This document shows, one piece after another, positions 8,165 to 11,361 of a stretch of DNA of 11,361 nt. The DNA is from Octopus sinensis (lineage: Eukaryota): the NCBI RefSeq assembly GCF_006345805.1, contig NW_021827020.1, forward strand, positions 1-11,361, read 5' to 3'. A program made the translations under genes and the position numbers. How positions within the stretch are numbered: position 1 is the stretch's first letter; each line of letters starts with the position of its first letter. Under the pieces are notes generated by a model. That model ran no database searches. It worked only from the letters and a program-made list of their open reading frames with translations, and was not told the origin of the DNA.

Positions 8165-8450
8165 CACCGCCATCACCATCATCATCGTCGTCGTCATCAT
8201 CATCAGCATCATCATCTTCATCGGCAACTTCCTCCTCATCATCTGCCTCCTCCCCCTAATTATCATCATCATCATCATCTTCACCGTCATCGCCGACACC
8301 GTCACAACCATCATCACCATTGACAACACTACCATCATCATCATCATCATCACGATCACCACAGCAACAACGACCCGAACCACATCTCCCACCACACACA
8401 CACAAACACACCACCACCACCACCACCACCACCGCCGCCGCCACCACCAA
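8165..8450. repeat. Compound (CAT)/(CAC)/(CGT) triplet microsatellite
   Basis: Direct reading. It gives the poly-H, poly-M and poly-V ORFs. Confidence 0.93.
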
Positions 8451-8614
8451 TTACTCCATCCAATCAGTTATTCCAGTTAATTATTAATGCGCTGTTCCTG
8501 GTTTCACCTCTCCGTGTTGAGTGTGCCTCTTTACTAGACATTCTCGTTGACTTACATTCACCCACCTCCCTCGCTTCTCTTCTCCCTATCTCTGTATATT
8601 TCCCTCTCTCTCCC

Positions 8615-8634
8615 TCTGTATATACGTATATGTG

Positions 8635-8667
<33 letters not shown>

Positions 8668-8786
8668 TGAAGGTTTTTTGGAAATGAGTTAAAAACTCCA
8701 AAGACGTGAGCAGGTGCAAGTCTGATATCTATCTATATATCTACTTATCTATCGATCTGTCTATTTCTCTCTCTCTCTCTCTCCCC

Positions 8787-8817
<31 letters not shown>

Positions 8818-8828
8818 TGTGTATATAT

Positions 8829-8872
<44 letters not shown>

Positions 8873-8968
8873 CATACATACATACATTTTTTCATTGTTT
8901 GCCTATCTAATATATATATTTATATATACATATGATATATATATATGTATGTATTTGTATACACATGT

Positions 8969-9033
<65 letters not shown>

Positions 9034-9070
9034 ATATATATATATGTATACATATATATATGAACATAAT
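8615..9070. repeat. Dinucleotide microsatellite cluster (TA, TG, GA, CT, CATA)
   Basis: Direct reading. Confidence 0.92.
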
Positions 9071-9344
9071 GTATGTAGATGAATATAGTCAGCGAAGGAG
9101 AGTAGGCTTATACATATGGTGTTGATGTCTGTCTGTGCGTCACTCATTCTGCGCCACCCTGCCGCCCCTCCCCTTTCCTCTCACTAATCCCTTCCGTGAT
9201 AGATTGGGAACAGAATCCATTATGACAATTAACTCCAGAAATAATCATATCACAACCACGGCCGCCGCCACTGTCGACCCTCTGCCCTAACCCTCCCACA
9301 CACACGTCACCGTTTTCCACCACCGTCACCATCACACAAATACG

Positions 9345-9382
9345 ATTATCATCATCATCATCATCACCACCACCACCACCTT

Positions 9383-9420
<38 letters not shown>
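9345..9420. repeat. (CAT)n/(CAC)n microsatellite
   Basis: Direct reading. Confidence 0.95.
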
Positions 9421-9493
9421 CTCTCCATAGCATATCCCATAATGCAACGTAAAACAAGACCGTTCAAATTAAAGTATACAACATTGAAGCAGT

Positions 9494-9652
9494 GCGCAGG
9501 CGTGGCCGTGTGGTAAGAAGCTTGCTTCTCAACAACATGGTTCCGGGTTCAGTCTTACTGCGTGGCACCTTGCTATAGCCTCAGGCCGAGCAAAGCTATG
9601 GAAGTGAATTTACCAGACGGAAACTGAAAGAAGCCCAAGTAAAAGAGTATAA
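9494..9652 (+). mobile_element. Internally deleted copy of the tRNA-derived SINE at 1876-2273
   Basis: The head gcgcaggcgtggccgtgtggtaagaagcttgct...ggttccgggttcagtc aligns to 1876-2031. It lacks 15 nt (1952-1966 of copy 1) and jumps from gaagccc (9636) directly to the tail aagtaaaagagta. Confidence 0.85.
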
Positions 9653-9878
9653 CATACGCCAGCTGTCAACCGTAAACTGTAAAATAACTTCATACAGCTT
9701 ATCGTACTTCGATACGGGGTAAAACTCACAACGTTCAACCCCAATAAACCACTATGGTTCCACAAAGTTGTTCCTTATACCTTCTACGGACTACTTCTTG
9801 CTCACTATCTTCCTATTCCTTGATCCTTAGATATTTCCTTTACATCTGTCTGTCTATTTGTTTCTCTCTCTCTCTTTG

Positions 9879-9879
<1 letters not shown>

Positions 9880-9968
<89 letters not shown>

Positions 9969-9969
9969 T
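9880..9969. repeat. (TA)n microsatellite fused to the 5'-truncated end of the RTE element
   Basis: Direct reading. Confidence 0.96.
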
Positions 9970-10609
9970 GTCTACAGGGCCGTGGTTCTCACCACTCTTC
10001 TCTATGGCTCAGAGACCTAGATCACTTACCGCAGTCACATGCGTCTCCTCGAGCGCTTCCACCAACGATGTCTCCGCACCATCCTCAACATTCAATGGAG
10101 TGTCTTCGTCACAAACATTGAAGTCTTGGAGCAGGCTTAGATCACCAACATTGAAGCCATGCAACTGAAGTCCCACCTCCGATGGGCAGGGCATGTCTCC
10201 AGAATAGAGAACCATCGCCTTCCTAAGATTGCCCAGTATGGCGAACTCTCCACCGGCCACCGTGTGAGAGGAGCTCCGAGGAAGCGCTACAAAGACTGCC
10301 TCAAGAAGTCTCTAATATCATGTCATATTAACCACCAATACTGGTCAGACCTGGCTGCGGACCGTGATGTCTGGCGCCACACGATCTTCAACGCAGTCAG
10401 CAAGTTTGAGGAACAAAGAAGAGATGCGCTTAAAGACAAAAGATGCAGGAGGAAGGCGCGAGCCGCCTCTGACACCACAACGGATGTTACCTTCGTCTGT
10501 GGACACTGCTCACGGACCTGCCTTTCCTATATCGGACTTATCAGTCATGAGCGTGCATGCACGCAACGAAGACAGCCTTTCTGCTCTTCGTTCGCGAAGC
10601 CGAGCCATG
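9970..10609 (+). mobile_element. RTE-clade (BovB-like) LINE 3' end: RT thumb region plus C-terminal zinc finger, pseudogenised
   Basis: One frame from 9970: [95 protein letters not shown]..CGHC-x12-H-x3-C (10498-10560). TAG stops lie at 10018-10020 (Trp position) and 10138-10140. It ends in TCTTCGTTCGCGAAGCCGAGCCATG, which I recognise as an RTE-type 3' terminus. The 3' boundary is approximate. Confidence 0.93.
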
Positions 10610-10806
10610 CTGGAGATAACCACTAAGTGGACACCCATACGCTACAAGTAGACCCTCTATGATCTTACCATTGAGAAAGGAAAGAATGTTCTCAAGAAAA
10701 TTTAGCAAACGCCAGAACGGAAGCGAGCAAGACAAACGAAAAGGTGCAAACCAGTTTGTGATGAATCTGTATATTTTATATCTTTTTATTTGTCTTACTC
10801 ACTTAC

Positions 10807-10937
10807 GAATTTGAATTCAGAACGTAGCGGCAGACGAAATATCTATTTCTTTACTACCCACAAGGGGCTACACACAGAAGGGACAAACAAGGACAGACAA
10901 ACGGATTAAGTCGATCATATCGACACCAGTGCGTAAC
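10807..10937 (-). mobile_element. Second SINE family, inverted fragment: 3' part of one unit joined to the start of the next unit (tail-to-head junction)
   Basis: The reverse complement of 10848-10937 matches 11020-11109 (5 differences in the first 70 nt). The reverse complement of 10807-10835 matches 10938-10966 (27/29). Confidence 0.85.
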
Positions 10938-11109
10938 GTCTGCCGCTACGTTATGAGTTCAAATTCCGCCGAGGTCGACTTAACCTTTCATCCTTTCGGG
11001 GTCGATTAAATAAGTACCAGTTATGCACTGGGGTTGATATTATCGACTTAATCCGTTTGTCTGTCCTTGTTTGTCCCCTCTGTGTGTAGGGCATTGAGGG
11101 CAGTAAAGA
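10938..11109 (+). mobile_element. Second tRNA-derived SINE family, 5'-truncated copy
   Basis: B-box-like GAGTTCAAATTCC at ~10955-10967, then the central CCTTTCATCCTTTCGGGGTCGATTAAATAAGTACCAG segment that I recall from mollusc SINE central domains. The A-box region is missing. A homologous inverted fragment lies immediately upstream. Confidence 0.8.
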
Positions 11110-11361
11110 CATAAGAACAAGCTATACCGTTTTAGTTACCATGAGAGAAATTCTCATATTGGCTTTTTGGTGCAAAACGCACTCTTGTTTATATCGCTTG
11201 CGAGGAGATAAACATCAGCGACGCCACCAGATCACGTGATTTCTACCTTGTCTGGTCCTGAAAATCATGGATTTCCAGCCGCTACAGATTCATCTCCCAG
11301 TATTGTTCTTATTAAACTCACATTAGATTCCAGTCCGACATGGGTTTCTGTTACATAATTG

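Noticed and set aside
9285-9294. CCCTAACCCT telomere-like motif
   Set aside because: Under two units long, so not an interstitial telomeric array.

Overview
A gene-free, repeat-saturated eukaryotic window. It is probably an octopus genome: this is inferred from recalled SINE families and the microsatellite content, and is not verified. No host protein-coding gene, rRNA, true tRNA or CRISPR array is supported. From left to right the window contains: a decayed Penelope-like GIY-YIG endonuclease 3' fragment (minus strand, 113-544); a long compound triplet microsatellite; a full tRNA-derived SINE (1876-2273); a 217-bp piggyBac-type MITE with TTAA target duplication (3146-3362); a near-perfect 149-bp-arm inverted repeat (3814-4182); a 3.2-kb train of elements all separated by (AAT)n tracts (4890-8050), made of two copies of an unclassified ~550-bp element bracketing two different R4/Dong-like LINE 3' ends; an internally deleted copy of the first SINE (9494-9652); an RTE/BovB-like LINE 3' end (9970-10609); and a second SINE family in an interleaved inverted arrangement (10807-11109). 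Most ORFs in the supplied track are translations of microsatellites or antisense shadows. I found no evidence of a novel protein-coding system. The best candidates for something undescribed are the unclassified (AAT)n-embedded element and the long foldback.
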